Shown here in pieces: positions 14,017 through 27,890 of a stretch of DNA of 64,000 nt (the stretch's first letter is position 1; every line of letters starts with the position of its first letter). The notes below the pieces were generated by a model, which had not been told where the DNA came from, searched no databases, and saw nothing but the letters and a program-made list of their open reading frames with translations. This stretch comes from the human T2T-CHM13v2.0 reference genome, Homo sapiens: NCBI RefSeq assembly GCF_009914755.1, contig NC_060930.1, one strand, 5' to 3'. Both the position numbers and the translations under genes were made by a program.

Positions 14017-15439
14017 GATCTATCAATCTATTGATCCACCCATCCTTGCACACTATTGCTTCTATCTCTCTGGAGAGCTAATACAGGCAACTAGATGAAT
14101 AAGAGTGCCATTCTGTATGAAAGGAAACATTAGAGGTGTTTTAGAAGTGGGAGGAAAAGATCATGAGTTACTTGTTAGGGTACTTAAAAATATGAATATG
14201 AAGTGCCTTTTACATAACCATGTGGAGAATACCGAACAATGATATAAATCTAGGAGATGCATGTCTATAGGAGACAAATAGTGGATGAGATTGCATTGGG
14301 ACAGAGTGTAGAATGAGGAGATGAGGGTCTGATTGAGTATTGGGAAGCACCAATGTCTAATGGCTAGAGAGAATAAAGAATCTCCAAAGAAGACAGAAAA
14401 ACAATACCAGAGAGTTGAGAAGAAAGTAAGGAATATAAAGTTCTATGGAAGCCCAGGGAGTAGAGAATATTATCTGAGGCCATGGGAATTATGGAATTGG
14501 AGAATCTTAACATAAGAACTTTTCATGAGATCACTTCTAAAGGGAACCAGAGAAAGAATATATAAGTAGAGAAATGTACAGTCAGGTTGAGACTTTTTTC
14601 CTAAATTTTTCTTTTAATGAAGGAAAAACATCTATTTGAAAGAGAGGTGAAATATCAAGAGGGAGAAAGTTCAATACCTACATTTCTCAAGAAATTGAGA
14701 CAGGAATTAGATTTAAGTAGGAAAAAGAGACTCTTTTATAGCAATAAGTGGTAAGAATAAAAGATAGATGACATTGTGCAGGTTGCATTTTTAGTGTTGG
14801 GAAGATAAAAGTTTAATGTGATGGTTTTCTTTTTGAAGTAGCAGATGAACTGAATGTGAGTGGTAGAAGGGCAGAGGAAACTCTGGGATTAGAGGAGAAG
14901 GTTCAAAATGCAATAGGACAAGCAGGTGATTTTAAGGACTCATTTAAGTTTTGTGAATCAGGGGCCACTCTGCAATGGATCTTCTTCCAGTAGCACTCAA
15001 AGCTCAGGAGCAGACAGGATGAGTGGGAAGCAGTTCTCCCCAGTAGAGTTTGCCAGGTGGAAGCAACAAGAAGATAGAGGAACAAGGATTTAGGGTGTTA
15101 GCCAGAGGAATTTTGAAGTAACACACCATGAAATATAAACAGGATAATTAGAAAGTGAAGAAAAAGGGACTGATGGATTGGGATAAAAGTAGAAAGGACC
15201 ATCAACTTAATCTTAGTAAGGTCAAATAAGGATCATTGTGAGAGGAATTGAACACAGCATCTGAAAGAAGAGGAGGTTGTAGGTGGAGCCTGGGGAAACT
15301 CTTGTCTTGGAGAGGTCTGTAGATCCAAATCTAAATTGGATACAGCTCATAATGTTAGGCTCTCACAAGGTCTTACATTTTTCCTTCCTTGATTTTTCAG
15401 TACTTGCAATTCTGTGTATATATGTATAATTTTAAAAAT

Positions 15440-15590
15440 TTGCCCTTTTTTTACTAGATTATAACCTCTGTGAAGGTAAAGACAACATTTTAAAAAAATT
15501 ATTTATTTTTACCATTGACTCTTTAGCAATTAGCATAGTACCAAGCATGTAGTAAGTGTTTAACAAATATTGTCAAGAAAAATTGAATAA
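15440..15590 (+). mobile_element. L2 3' end
   Basis: 'ctagattataacctctgtgaagg...agcatagtaccaagcatgtagtaagtgtttaacaaatattg'. Confidence 0.65.
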
Positions 15591-15666
15591 ATTTTTAATT
15601 ACCAAATGATGTTGTGTCTTTTGGTTAAATAATGTGAACATTTTTTAAGGCATTTAAAATAATTCA

Positions 15667-15945
15667 GGCCTAGGATGGTGGCTCAGGCCTGTAATTCCAG
15701 CATTTTGGGAGGCCAAGGTGGGCAGATCGCTTGGGTCCAGAAGTTCAAGACCAGCCTGGGGAAAATGGGAAAACCCCATCCCTACAAAAAATACAAAAAT
15801 TAGCCAGCATGATGGTACACACCTGGAGTCCCAGCTACTCAGGAAGCTGAGGTGGGAGGATCACCTGAGCTCAGGAGGTAAACGGTACAGTAAACTGTGA
15901 TTGTACCACTGCACTTCAGCCTGAGTGACAGAGCAAGACACTGTC
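15667..15945 (+). mobile_element. AluJ followed by a (TA)/(CA)/(CATATA) microsatellite to ~16082
   Basis: J-type motifs 'gatcgcttgggtccagaagttc' and 'ggtgggaggatcacctgagc'; strongly diverged. Confidence 0.9.
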
Positions 15946-16095
15946 ATGACACTGTCATTCATATATATATATATATATAATATATATATACACACATATA
16001 CATACACACACATATATACACACACACACATATATACACACACACATATATACATATACACATATACATATACATATACATAATAAAATAAAACC

Positions 16096-16167
16096 TATTA
16101 TTCAGGATTTTCTAGAGAGACAGAGCCAATAGGATCTAGATACAGATATAGATGCAGACACAGGTAC

Positions 16168-16216
<49 letters not shown>

Positions 16217-16692
16217 TGAGAGATTTATTTGGGGAGTTGGCTCATGAAATTATGCTGGTTAAGAAATCCTATGACAAGCTATCTGCAAGCTGAAGACCCT
16301 AGGGTGCCAATAGTGTGGCCCAGTCAAAGTTTGAAAATCTCAGAAACATGGAAGCCGATGGTAAAATTCTCCATTGAGGCTGGGAGGCCTGTAAACCCAA
16401 GGTATAAATCCTGAGTCCCAAGATGAGAGAGCCTAGGGTCCTGATTTCCAAGGGTAGGAGAAGAGTGTGTCCCAGCTCCAGGAAAGAAAGGAAATCCTTT
16501 TTGTTTTATCCAAGCTCCCAGCTGATTGGATGGTTCCTGCCCACATTAAAGGTGGATCCTTTTCATTCAGTCCACGGACTGCATCCAATTTCATGTGAAA
16601 ACACTCACAGACACACACAGAATTAATGCTTTTCTAACTTCTCTAGGTATTTCTTAATCCAGTAAAGTTGATGTCTAAAAGTAACCATCAAA
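16096..16692 (-). mobile_element. MLT2 (ERVL) solo LTR with an internal (CATATA)n
   Basis: 'ctagagagacagagccaatagg...gagagatttatt...ttggctcatg...ccagtaaagttgatgtctaaaagtaaccatca'. Confidence 0.88.
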
Positions 16693-19600
16693 AATATTTT
16701 TAAATACCAGACCAGAAATTTTGGTCAAGTTTACCTTCTAATTATTAGTACAAGAATGTCTCATGTCACATTCTATATACTTCCTGTATATGTAAAGATA
16801 CTCCAGCCTAAACTTTTGAAGATACAGGAATACGCAACTTCTGCAAAGACTGGAATGTGCCTGGAAGTCAAAAGTGTTGGTGAGTGTGTCGATTTCACTA
16901 ATGATGGCTAAGCTAAAATTGTCTGAAAGCTTCACCTTTTAATACATGGTATTAATTTTTAATTCTTGCAGGCAAGGGGAAGTCTCTGAATCTGTACATT
17001 CTAGGTTGCTTCCAGAGCCAAGTGTCAATTCAGATATACAATATGCCTTTTGTTGCTTATATGGTAAATGGTTCTCTGAGAACATTCATGGTGACATTTG
17101 TCTTTTGCTGTGATTTTTGCTTTTTACCTGAAAAATATGTTGTCCTGGGAAGAAAATCATTTTCATAAAAATTCTAACATCTGGATTTTAACTACATGCC
17201 TCTTTCTTATTTCTGTCTGTAATCATGCTCACAGAAATGACTGAGCATTCTGCTAAGTCTTATTTTCATGCTTTTTAACTACCTCAAGAGTGGATTTTAT
17301 TTAGTCCATTTTCTGAATGGAGACATTGCAATTTAACGGAGTCATTAAAAATTGATCTGATTTTGTAAAATAGGTAACCATGCAAAACTAAAACAAAACA
17401 TTTGGTAGGTAATAACCAATTTAATGTGAGTAAAGGGAGGGTTGTTATTTTTAAAAAATCAAATGTCTCAGTAGCATTGGGGCTGTCTTTTTGTATTATG
17501 CAGCTGTGCAATGCACTCATGTGGGTGCTCAATAAATACTAAGTGAGCATAATAATAATATCATTTCAATCAAAGTGTAAAAAGAAAAACATCAATGCAA
17601 GTATAGAATGCTTGATTCTATGATTTATACAGAAGTCTGTGCTGTGCATAACAACACACACGGAAACATCTGCTGGGATCTGCTGTCACAATGCAAGAGA
17701 CAACGAAGATAATAAAGCCATTGTTTTCATCTAAAATGAACCTGTTATCTGGCTTTCTCTTAGCTAGTCAAGGGACTACAGTGGCAAATATTAACTGACC
17801 ATCAGAATATTCAATAAGAAGAATTACATTTTTGTTTTCAATCCATTAGAGCAATATGCTTTATTTGTGATGCTGAAGAAAAGCAACATGTTAATGCAGT
17901 CCATTGCTATCAGCTTAGTGGGTATTTATGTGACTGTATTTTTCTGAGTCTGTAGTATTTTTATTTCATCTTTTGAATATTATAATTTGCTTTATTCTTC
18001 TGTTCTCTGATGGTGAGACATTTTTACTGTTCAGTAACATCTTTCTTCAAAGAATATTGAAGGTAAAGAAAGAAAAATGAATGATATCTAAAAAAACTAA
18101 ATGTTGGGTTAAAGTGAAAATTGAAGATAATAGTTAAGAGATATATTTTTATATTAATTTTAGCTGATGATATGTTCTTTGGCTCACAACTTAATTTAAA
18201 ATATAGGATTTTGACCTGAATTTAGGTTCTATGAAAATGGCAGTCTAAGGAAAAAAAATGTAGACAGAGCCTGCTGTAATAATTCCTTTTTTTTTTTTCT
18301 GCCTGGGTTTTCCCTCCGAAGCTCAAAGATCTTTATGTCTTTGATGGCTTTGCAAAAGAAGCAGGCAGAGCCCTCCTCTGCCTGTATTTTTTTTTACCAT
18401 GCCTTCTAGCCATTCTATGTTTTGATCTGTGTTTCCATCTGGGCTTACTAACATAGCAACTCTGGCATGTAGTCCATCCAGTTTATTATCTATTGAAATA
18501 CCTCCTGCCTGAAGTGAATTTATTTTGGCAGCAATGACTTTTGATAGAGATGTATTTTGTTGTTTTTGTGAAAGACAGGTGAGTCTAAAGATTCCAAACC
18601 GACACCTGGATGACAATGCTTTGGCCTTTCCTCATGGCAAACTTTGGTGAAAAAAATAAATAAACAACTTCCGTGAACACATTTGTTTTTATTTGTCATT
18701 ATTAACTTGTTTTGTCTAAAAGCCAGGAATCTCGGAGGCTAAAAGTAAGGAATGGTAACATGCATAAGGAAATCAGGTTATTATAACACAATAGAAGCAG
18801 ACTCTCAAAGCTCCCTAAGGGCACTTCTTTCCTCTCTCTTTCTAACTTTTTCTCAGTGTTGAGTTATTTTTAACCTTTAGAATTTAATTTGTGAAAGATT
18901 ATGGCTATATCAAGTTTTGCAGGAACCGTACTTCTAAAGTGTTTGCATGTTTTAGATTTTGATGATTCACTGTCTGTTACTCTCACCTGAAGCTGAAATA
19001 GAGGAAAGCAAGAGGAATGAAATTGTGTAGAAGGAATATCCAAAAGGTCAAAACAGTAAAATTTATTTTGATATTTTACATAATACATATTGCTCCCTAA
19101 AACTTTTATTGCTGCCTTTTGAGGTACATTGTAAAACAAAACTGGGTTATTCTTTAAACTAAATTTGGTTTTGCACACAACTTGAAAACGAATTTGTTAA
19201 TGGATGCTTCCATTTAGCTGCTAACTCTGCTTTTTTAAATGAACATCTCAACAATTTGCTTATTTTGTAGTTAGGTATGGTTTTACCATGATAATTGGTC
19301 AGAAAGTGCAGACCCTATATTTGGCTTTGCTCTGGAGACACTGTAACTTTTTGGTACAAACCATGCAACGCTTTTAGGAAGGAGTAGGATGAACATTCTT
19401 TCCTTCATATGATAATCTATAAAACATATGAGTCTCGGGTGATTAAAATCATTTTATGAATTCTGGTAACACCTGTGTATATTATTCAATCTGGATATGA
19501 GCAATCTAATGCAGTTGTTTCTTTGATGAATAAATGTGGGGTATTTTGTGTCTGTAGCAATTCCTTTATACAAGTCACTACTTAAAAAAGAAATTCCTGA

Positions 19601-20252
19601 TGCATATATTGAGACATTCCACATGGTTGATCTGAATCATCCCATCTCTTTTGCCTAGTTCTTGAAAAGAAACTTTTTTTTAATAGAAGAAGTAGCACCT
19701 TTACCAATAAAATTATACCTGTTAAAGAGTTGATCTCATGCCTATCACTAGAGCCATCCAAGTTCTTCATCCCAGGATTTGCACTTCCATTGTATCATGC
19801 TACATATTAGACTATATGATTGAAAAAGTTTTTTTTTTCATGAGTTAATTCTATTTAGATGGTGTTTGAGATGTACTTTAATCCATTGATCCATTAATCT
19901 ATTTGTTCATTCTTCTCTTTCACCTATTTGAAAATATATTTGGTTCCAGGCACAAAAGATGACCTGTACCTCCAATAAATTTGTGAGCTGATATAGAAGA
20001 GAGATCATAGAATGATGCAATGAATTAAAATAGTAAATGAGGAAGAAACTTTTACGAGTGGTTAGATATTCATTGTGACCTCACTGTGGGTGAGGAGAGA
20101 GGGTGACAAAGAATAACACGTAGTAGGAAAGGGCCAGATTATGAGGTTCTTTTGTGCTATAGTCCAGGACATACAGACTTTATGTAATAGAAAAGTGGTC
20201 TCCAAAGTTTGGTGCATGTCCCCAGGGTGAACGCAAATTGACTCATGGGTCA

Positions 20253-21072
20253 TTTGGTCTTAGGTTGTGCTTCCTCAGAGGCAGACCCTGAGACCAGCGT
20301 GTAAGCAAAAGTCTTCTGGGGAAGTGATCCCAGAAAGCAACAGTAAGAAAGCTAGGAAGCAACATTTTACTTCCTAGTAAATAGGGATGAGAAGGAATTC
20401 CATAAACAATGTTATATTGAGCAGGTTATTCCTGAGTGCAACTGGTGTTCAATTCAGCTGGGGACCTCTAGGGCAAAGTGAAGGTTATACTTCAGCACCA
20501 TCTCAACTGAAGGGACAGGAGAACTGACAACTGTACACCAACTCTTCTTAGTCATTGGTTGAACAATGCCCATGGGAACATGAATTTCTTGGTACTTCTT
20601 GTATCCTCATATGCAGGTCATAAAGCTTTTAGTGACCAGGGAAAGCCCTCCGGCAGAGTCAAAAATGCTTGTGGCTGGAGCTGTGGGTTCAGCATGTATA
20701 AGAATGGTGTGCTGGGTCGGGCCTGTGGCTCACACCTGTAATACCAGCACTTTGGGAGGCTGAGGCAGGCGGACCACCTGAGGTTGAGAGTTTGAAACCA
20801 GCCTGACCAACATGGAGAAATCCCATCTCTACTAAAAATACAAAATTAGCCAGGCATGGTGGCGCATGCCTGTAATCCCAGCTACTCAGGAGGCTGAGGC
20901 AGGAGAATCACCTGAAGACAGGAGGCAGAGGTTGCAGTGAGCCGAGATGGTGCCGTTGCACTCCAGCCTGGCAACAAGAGTGAAACTCTGTCTCACAAAA
21001 AAAAAAAAAAAAAGAAGAAGAAGAAGAATGGTGTGCTGAGTTAATATGGTCAGGCACCAAAGACAGATGCCA
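20253..21072 (-). mobile_element. Old ERVL LTR (LTR33/LTR16-like), interrupted by an Alu
   Basis: 'tcttaggttgtgcttcctcagaggcagaccctgagac...ggaagtgatcccagaaagca'. Subfamily from recall. Confidence 0.7.
20715..21023 (+). mobile_element. AluSp-like
   Basis: Diagnostic 'cctgaccaacatggagaaa'. Perfect 15-bp TSD aagaatggtgtgctg at 20700-20714 and 21024-21038. Confidence 0.95.
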
Positions 21073-21398
21073 TATAGATGGGAAGAAAATATTAAATCTT
21101 CCATCTATATTTATTCGTACCTTTCATACGTAGATTGGCAATGTGCCTGCATTTGATATTTAAGTGAAATAGCTAACTTTACAGAAGTTTGTCACTTCCT
21201 TCTGACAAAAAATGTAGAGCATAGACTGTTGACAGTTGTGAGGTTCTTTTGTGCTATAGTGAGGTGAGGTGCTTACTTTCTCAATTATAGTTAATTAATC
21301 TTTACAAGATAAAAAAATCTTTAAAAATATTTGGAAAGCATAGTTGAAAATACTAATAAATAAGAAACTGTTTCTAGCATAAAATTTTACTCAGAGTT

Positions 21399-21697
<299 letters not shown>

Positions 21698-22372
21698 TTA
21701 CTCAGAGTTATCGTATAGGGTCTGCCAAGCATATTTCAAGATTATTTGAAATATGAATTTTAATTCACCATCAGAAGTAGGAATAGATATTAGGGTTGGC
21801 ATTGATGATTAGTTCATCTAATATAGGCATAGAAGTCTACTGAAAATCCAGTGGGAAAATGAAAATAATCTTTTCTAACTTGCGACTGGAGATGAAGCAG
21901 TAGATTGGGTATATCATTTTATGTGCTATATAATGTTCAAAAATATCATTTGATAGATAAAAATTAAAGTCACGTGAGCCAATGAGATCACCCAAGACAA
22001 ATATGCAAAACAAGAAGAAATTAGGAGTATGAATATTTGGCTCAGCTTTTCTCAGGGAGACGAGTAGTTGGTCTTTATAGTCTATCAGGTGGTACATAAG
22101 AGGTTTAGTTGTATTGAAAAACAAAACAAAAGATTGTTCACAAGAATTTCATAATTTTTAAATGTAAGAATTATGAGGACTTTTGCAGAAATACTACAAA
22201 GGTTGAAACATTAGGATCTTCCATATTGCACATTTGTTACAAAGACCGTGTTAGTCACTTATCTCTGCTTATGTTCAGAAAGTACAACTCACTTGGGTTT
22301 TGCCAACATTTCCAGACCATGTTTATTAGTTGCTGATTTTTAAAATATTTATATTTGTATTCATATTAGTTT

Positions 22373-22956
22373 GTGCTGTATGGCTATTATTGGCCTAACT
22401 TTTAAATGATCCCCCAAAATGTCCCACTTTAGTCTTCATTATCTATGAATTTATGATATCACTCTCATAATTATATTATATGGTACAGTTTATCTTAAAA
22501 TAGAGAGGTTATTTGGGTAAACCCTACCTATTCACATGACAGCTTAGAAGCAGAAAGCTTTTCTCACCGATGGCAGAAGTGGGAGTCAAAGAGATAGAGA
22601 ACATGAGAAGGACTGGACCTGTTGTTGCTGGTGTTGAAAATGAAGGTGCCACATAGGAGGAATGTGGGCAGCCTTCAGGAGCACTGAGGCCACTGGCCAC
22701 CAAAGAGACAGGACCACAAGCAACTCAATTCTGCAAACAACCTGAATGAGATTGGAAGCAGATTCTTCTCCAGAGCCCCTGCATGAAAGCCTAGCCAAGT
22801 TGTCTTCTTAATTTCAACCTTGCAAGATCCTAAGCAGAGAGTCCAGCCAAGTCCACTATGAATTCTGACTTACAGAACCGGGAGATGATAAATGGGTATT
22901 GTTTTAAGCCTTTAAATTCATGACAATTTGTTATTCAGCAACAGAATGTTAATACA
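22373..22956 (+). mobile_element. MaLR solo LTR (MLT1D/E-like)
   Basis: 'caactcaattctgcaaacaacctgaatgag...agattcttctccagagcc...gagatgataaatgggtattgttttaagcc...aataca'. 5' boundary approximate. Confidence 0.85.
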
Positions 22957-25900
22957 TCCCTGACTTACAGTAATCAGTATTTAGTTTGGTGAAACAAAAA
23001 TGACTAATAAAACTCCTAAAATATACATTAAACTCAGAATGACATCATACATGTTTTTAATAAAGTGGACTATGGCATAAATATAGATTGTGAATCCGTA
23101 TATGCTGGGACAATTGAATTTGTAAGTGTGACAATTTTGCCTAGAAGTCCAAAAATGTGCTTATAATTTGGCAAAATGGAGATCTAAAAACAAAGGAAAC
23201 TCAATTTTATTAGACCAGAACTTTATTTTCTTCTAGTTCCAAACATTATGAAGTTTTATTAAAGATAAGAATAAAGCCATTGAACATTTTGAAAATTTAA
23301 ACTAAAGAAAAAATATTTCTCTTAAAAGAGCCAAGGCCTTCAAAAGCAAGTGAAAAATCATATTTTCCAGTGGAGGAAAGGCTGACCAATACTACATAAG
23401 TGCCTCATTGAGGGTAATAAGTTTGATGAGAAAATAGAAAGAGTCTTTATCAAATAATTTCATTGGCTATTGCATACTATACATGCATAAAATACAGAAG
23501 AATGCTTACCATCACATATCTCTGAGCAGATATTTTACATTACGTTTGGGAGAAACCACTGACTTGCAGTGTGAAGCAGCTCTCTCTCAATGGATGGTGC
23601 ACATATAGGGAAGGACGATATTTTTTTTCATAATTAAAACCCATGCAAAAAAATTAACATTGTTTTGTGTGGCTAAGATTACTTTGTCAGTCATGATAAA
23701 GACTGGAACCTATATTAATGTCATGTAAACTGTATATGCAGAAAGGCCACATGTGCTTTGTAAAGAGGAGGTTGCCCTTCAGTGGCAACACACGGGTAGC
23801 TTGATTTACAGTGAAGGACAGCAATTTGGACCAAATCTTGACTCAGTGTTGATAGAAACACAGAATATTGTAAATATGTCAAAATACATATTTGCCTGAA
23901 GAACTGGACAAACACAAGACTGTGGTTTTACTTAGTAAATAATGCTGAATATTGAAAAAAAGTTATTCATAAAGTGGTTGATATTGTTAAAAATTTCTAT
24001 TTTATGATTTTATGTGACTTTGCCAAAGTTGTACATCTTCCTGACACAAACTCTGAAACTTGACTATCCAGCATGTCATTTTGGTCATATAGAACACACT
24101 CAAAAGTCACATCCAAATATCCAAATGCTCTAGAAATAGGGAGACATACTTTACACAGGTGAATTCTACAAAATAGCAGGTTGCAGATAGTTTTCACAAC
24201 TATCATTATCATTCAACAATTTTCAGTTACTTTCAAATGTAATGTATCTTTTAATTAGCATCTGACAAAACTAAGTAACTAGTTTAAAGGAGAAATTTTT
24301 CTATATTTTTCAGTCAATAATCAGCACTCCTTGAGAATGACATTGACTCTTTGCTGGCATTTCCTGTGAACTATAATGTGATATAGAATTTTCTAATCTG
24401 GAAGGAATGAAAAATTATACATACAGATAAAATTAATGAATGAGAGAGTAAATATATATACACAGAGATATAATTAACAGATGGGAAATGGTATATATAT
24501 GTGAATATATGTGTGTGTGTGTGTGTACATATATATATAACATAAATCAACTTTGAAATTTGAACTACAGCTTAAATTATTTTGTTTTAATACATTGGTT
24601 AAAGTCTTCGTTAGGATTTTCTCTCTCACTGGTTTGTTATTTTTAATTTTACACATTACATTTTGTTTTATTGTTTAAAATCCCGATAAGTAATATCTCA
24701 ATTTGCTTAAAAGCAAGAGTCTGCTTGCACCTAGAAGGACAGTTTTATTTTGTTTTGTTTTATTTTTAAATATTTACCTAACTGATCTAAGAAGAGAAAA
24801 CTAAATGTTCACACAGACAGCGTTAGAACCAAGATAAACTGATGCACTAAATGCCTAGGAAGAAGCCAAGGGAGGTGGTTGTGTCCAGTGCTATTTGGTA
24901 TGTAATTATCAGTTTTGTGTTTTAGCCTGCCTGTAATACACATGATACAAAATGTTCTTTGTTTTCTAGCATAAAATCTACACAAATGCCCTCATTCTAT
25001 AAGCATCTCCTATTCTTTTTGGGAAACCAACTGTGATCCAAAGGAAAACTGCTTTTTATCATAGAAACTCTCTCTTTTTTATTTTATTTATTTCTTGCCA
25101 AATTGTCTTGCTTTCAGGTATATCTGGGCATGTCACAAGTCTAAATGATTCATAAGTCATCAAAATAGAGACCTGAAAAATTTGCCAACCCATGTAAAAA
25201 TGCAGCAGTTGTAAAGAAGGTTAAATAACAGTATAAACAGTGCCTCAGTCCTGGGCAGTGTGCTCCTCCCAGGTGAGGCAAGAGGAACAAACAGGCTTTT
25301 TAGAAAGAACGAGTGTTGTTCCCATTGATGTTCATAATAAATCATCATTCAGAAGATTCTGTCAATAACACACTGCCCCCAATCGTCTCATGCCTGCAGC
25401 GTTACGCTCATGCTATTGCAACTAGATGAGCTATCAAAGCCTCATGCAGTCAAAGAGAGTAGTTTAAAGAGGTACAATAACAGGCGATTTGCAAACAGCC
25501 CAAACCTTTAGCTTCTTCCCCTTTTCCAAAAGTGTGCAGTGAATTTACATTAACACCTGCTATCGGAGATGAAAGAATGGATTTGCACTGCAAGAAGAAT
25601 GCCAAATCCTCCTATAAGAGTGACTCATTTCCCTAAATTGTGGGATATTATGTGGAACTGGAGGCAGCATGTTGCATTCAACATATTGGGTCAAATTTGA
25701 ATTTTCAAAAATAAAATGGCAGTATATCATTTAACACAAAGAACTCAGAAGTCCTGTCTCTCCATATATTTGCTACATAATCACCAGATTAAATTAACTC
25801 TGTGAGCAGGTAATTTTTATTTTCTAAGGATAATTTATATCTGTAGACTTTTTACTACCTACTCATTCAGATTACTATGACATCTAAGATTTTCATGCTG

Positions 25901-26777
25901 TTAAATTCAATTTATTGTGGAACATAAGGGCAATTAAGGGATGGGAGATGACATTATATTACATCAAAGTGAACTACAGGAAAAGGAGGAGTGTACCACT
26001 AGTAAATTGTTATATGTAAACATAATTTTGAGTATTTTCTTCATAGTGAAGAAGCAGACAATATTCTTAGCAACTCACTGTTTCAGCCACTTTTTTCAGA
26101 GCCTATTTACTACATAAAAACGAATAAATCATTAATTGACAATTTGAATATGTGAAAAAAATTAAATTCTAAAAGTCTGAAAAAAAACATACATATCACA
26201 AAATCCATTTAAACATTTTAAATAAGGTCCTAAAACGCCTATATACCTGGCACACATTTCCCCTATGTTTTAGAATGATATATTAGTTGTTTAGTGCTGA
26301 AAAACAAATTATCAGAAATTTAGTTAGGAAAAATAAAATACATTTACTATTTTGAATTTTCTGTGCTTCAGAAATATGGAAATGCCTCAGCTAGATACTT
26401 TGAGTCAGAATCATTCACAAGGCTACAATGAAGGTGTCAGCCAGGGCTTACATTTCATCCGAAGGTCTAATTGGGGAAGTATCTACTTCCAAGCTCACAT
26501 GATTTTTGGCAGAATTTTCGTCCCTCAAGTGTGGTTGCATTGATAACTTCAGTTCCTAATGTTGAACTGGAGGTCACAATCAGTTTGCTGCCATGTGGGA
26601 CTCCCCTAAATGACACCTTTATCAAAGCCAGCAAGGTAGAGAATCTTTTAGTACAATGGATTTCATTATGTTATATTACCTAATCACAGAACTAACATAT
26701 TATTTCTATGGCTAGAAGCAAGATACAGGTTCTGTTTGAACTCAAGGGGGAAGGGGAGAATTATATAAGCATATAAG

Positions 26778-26778
<1 letters not shown>

Positions 26779-26817
<39 letters not shown>
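26779..26817 (+). repeat. (TG)~19 microsatellite
   Basis: Read directly. Confidence 0.97.
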
Positions 26818-26819
<2 letters not shown>

Positions 26820-26976
26820 TTATTTTTTTAGAGATGGGATCTTACTCTGTCACCCAGGCTGGAATGAGTGGCACAATCATAGCTCACTGCAGCCTTGAAC
26901 TGCAGGCTTCAAGGTTTCCTCCTACTTCAGCTTCCTGAGCAGCTGGGACTACAGATGGATGCCAGTGTGCCCAGCT
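26820..26976 (-). mobile_element. Single Alu right arm (FRAM or truncated AluJ)
   Basis: 'agagatgggatcttactctgtcacccaggctgg...atagctcactgcagccttgaac...gctgggactacag'; no left arm. Confidence 0.85.
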
Positions 26977-27606
26977 CACATAAGGACACAAGTACCAAGA
27001 GGTGGGATGGTAATTAGGAAAACTTTAAAGTCTGCCCACCATAGATGCATTGCCTCTTTATATGACACTTAAATTCACTGGCTATTCTCCCCAAAATTGG
27101 TTGACCTTGAATATGTTTTATTTTCCATAAATCTTCTACTGCTCACTGTGCAGATTCACCAAGTGTCAAGACAAAAAGTACACAGCCAAAGATCATATGC
27201 TTTGACTTTAGCTTGGGGATTTCCCATTGGCAAGGCCAAAATCTCTTTAGAGCTGTTCTGTCCTCTTTCTGCCCTGTCCTCTTTCCTTGCATTTCTCCTT
27301 TTATATGTCAGAACTGTATCATGAGCTCCAGCTCCCTCTGCTTGTTCCTGCTTCCTTCCTTTCATCCTTCAAAGACATCCCCCCAGCTCCCCGTCTTTTA
27401 CGTGACTTGACATCTATTTCTTGGAACAGCTGAATTAATGCACAGGTATAATCCAAAACCAGGTTTATGAAAAAAGTGACATAGAATATGGTTGGCTCTT
27501 GACAACTCTTGAACCATGACAAACACTGTAAATAACTTACAAAAAGGAAAAAGTTTCTGTAACTGACTACTTTTTATTTCTGTTCCTTTTAAAATTTCTT
27601 CTTGTA

Positions 27607-27890
<284 letters not shown>

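Larger units (their letters stand above)
13121..14085 (+). mobile_element. MLT2 (ERVL) solo LTR containing a 7SL retrocopy and a CTAT repeat
   Basis: 'ttaattttagttgtcaacttgactagattaaggg...ctctctggagagctaataca'. TSD ggaaa (13116-13120) / ggcaa (14086-14090). Confidence 0.9.
12690..15330 (-). mobile_element. Degraded L2, interrupted by MLT2 at 13121-14085
   Basis: Purine-rich antisense L2 motifs. 'ggtttctggcttggg|...|caactagatgaataagagtgccattc' rejoins across the LTR. Confidence 0.7.
26280..27042 (-). mobile_element. Old MLT1 LTR, interrupted by (TG)n and an Alu arm
   Basis: 'aaacaaattatcagaaatttag...aaggtgtcagccagggct...ctacttccaagctcac...gtctgcccaccata'. Confidence 0.7.

Noticed and set aside
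13121-16692. Inverted MLT2 pair as a dsRNA or editing substrate, or as proviral ends
   Set aside because: Opposite orientation excludes a provirus, and the copies look too diverged for a stable duplex.
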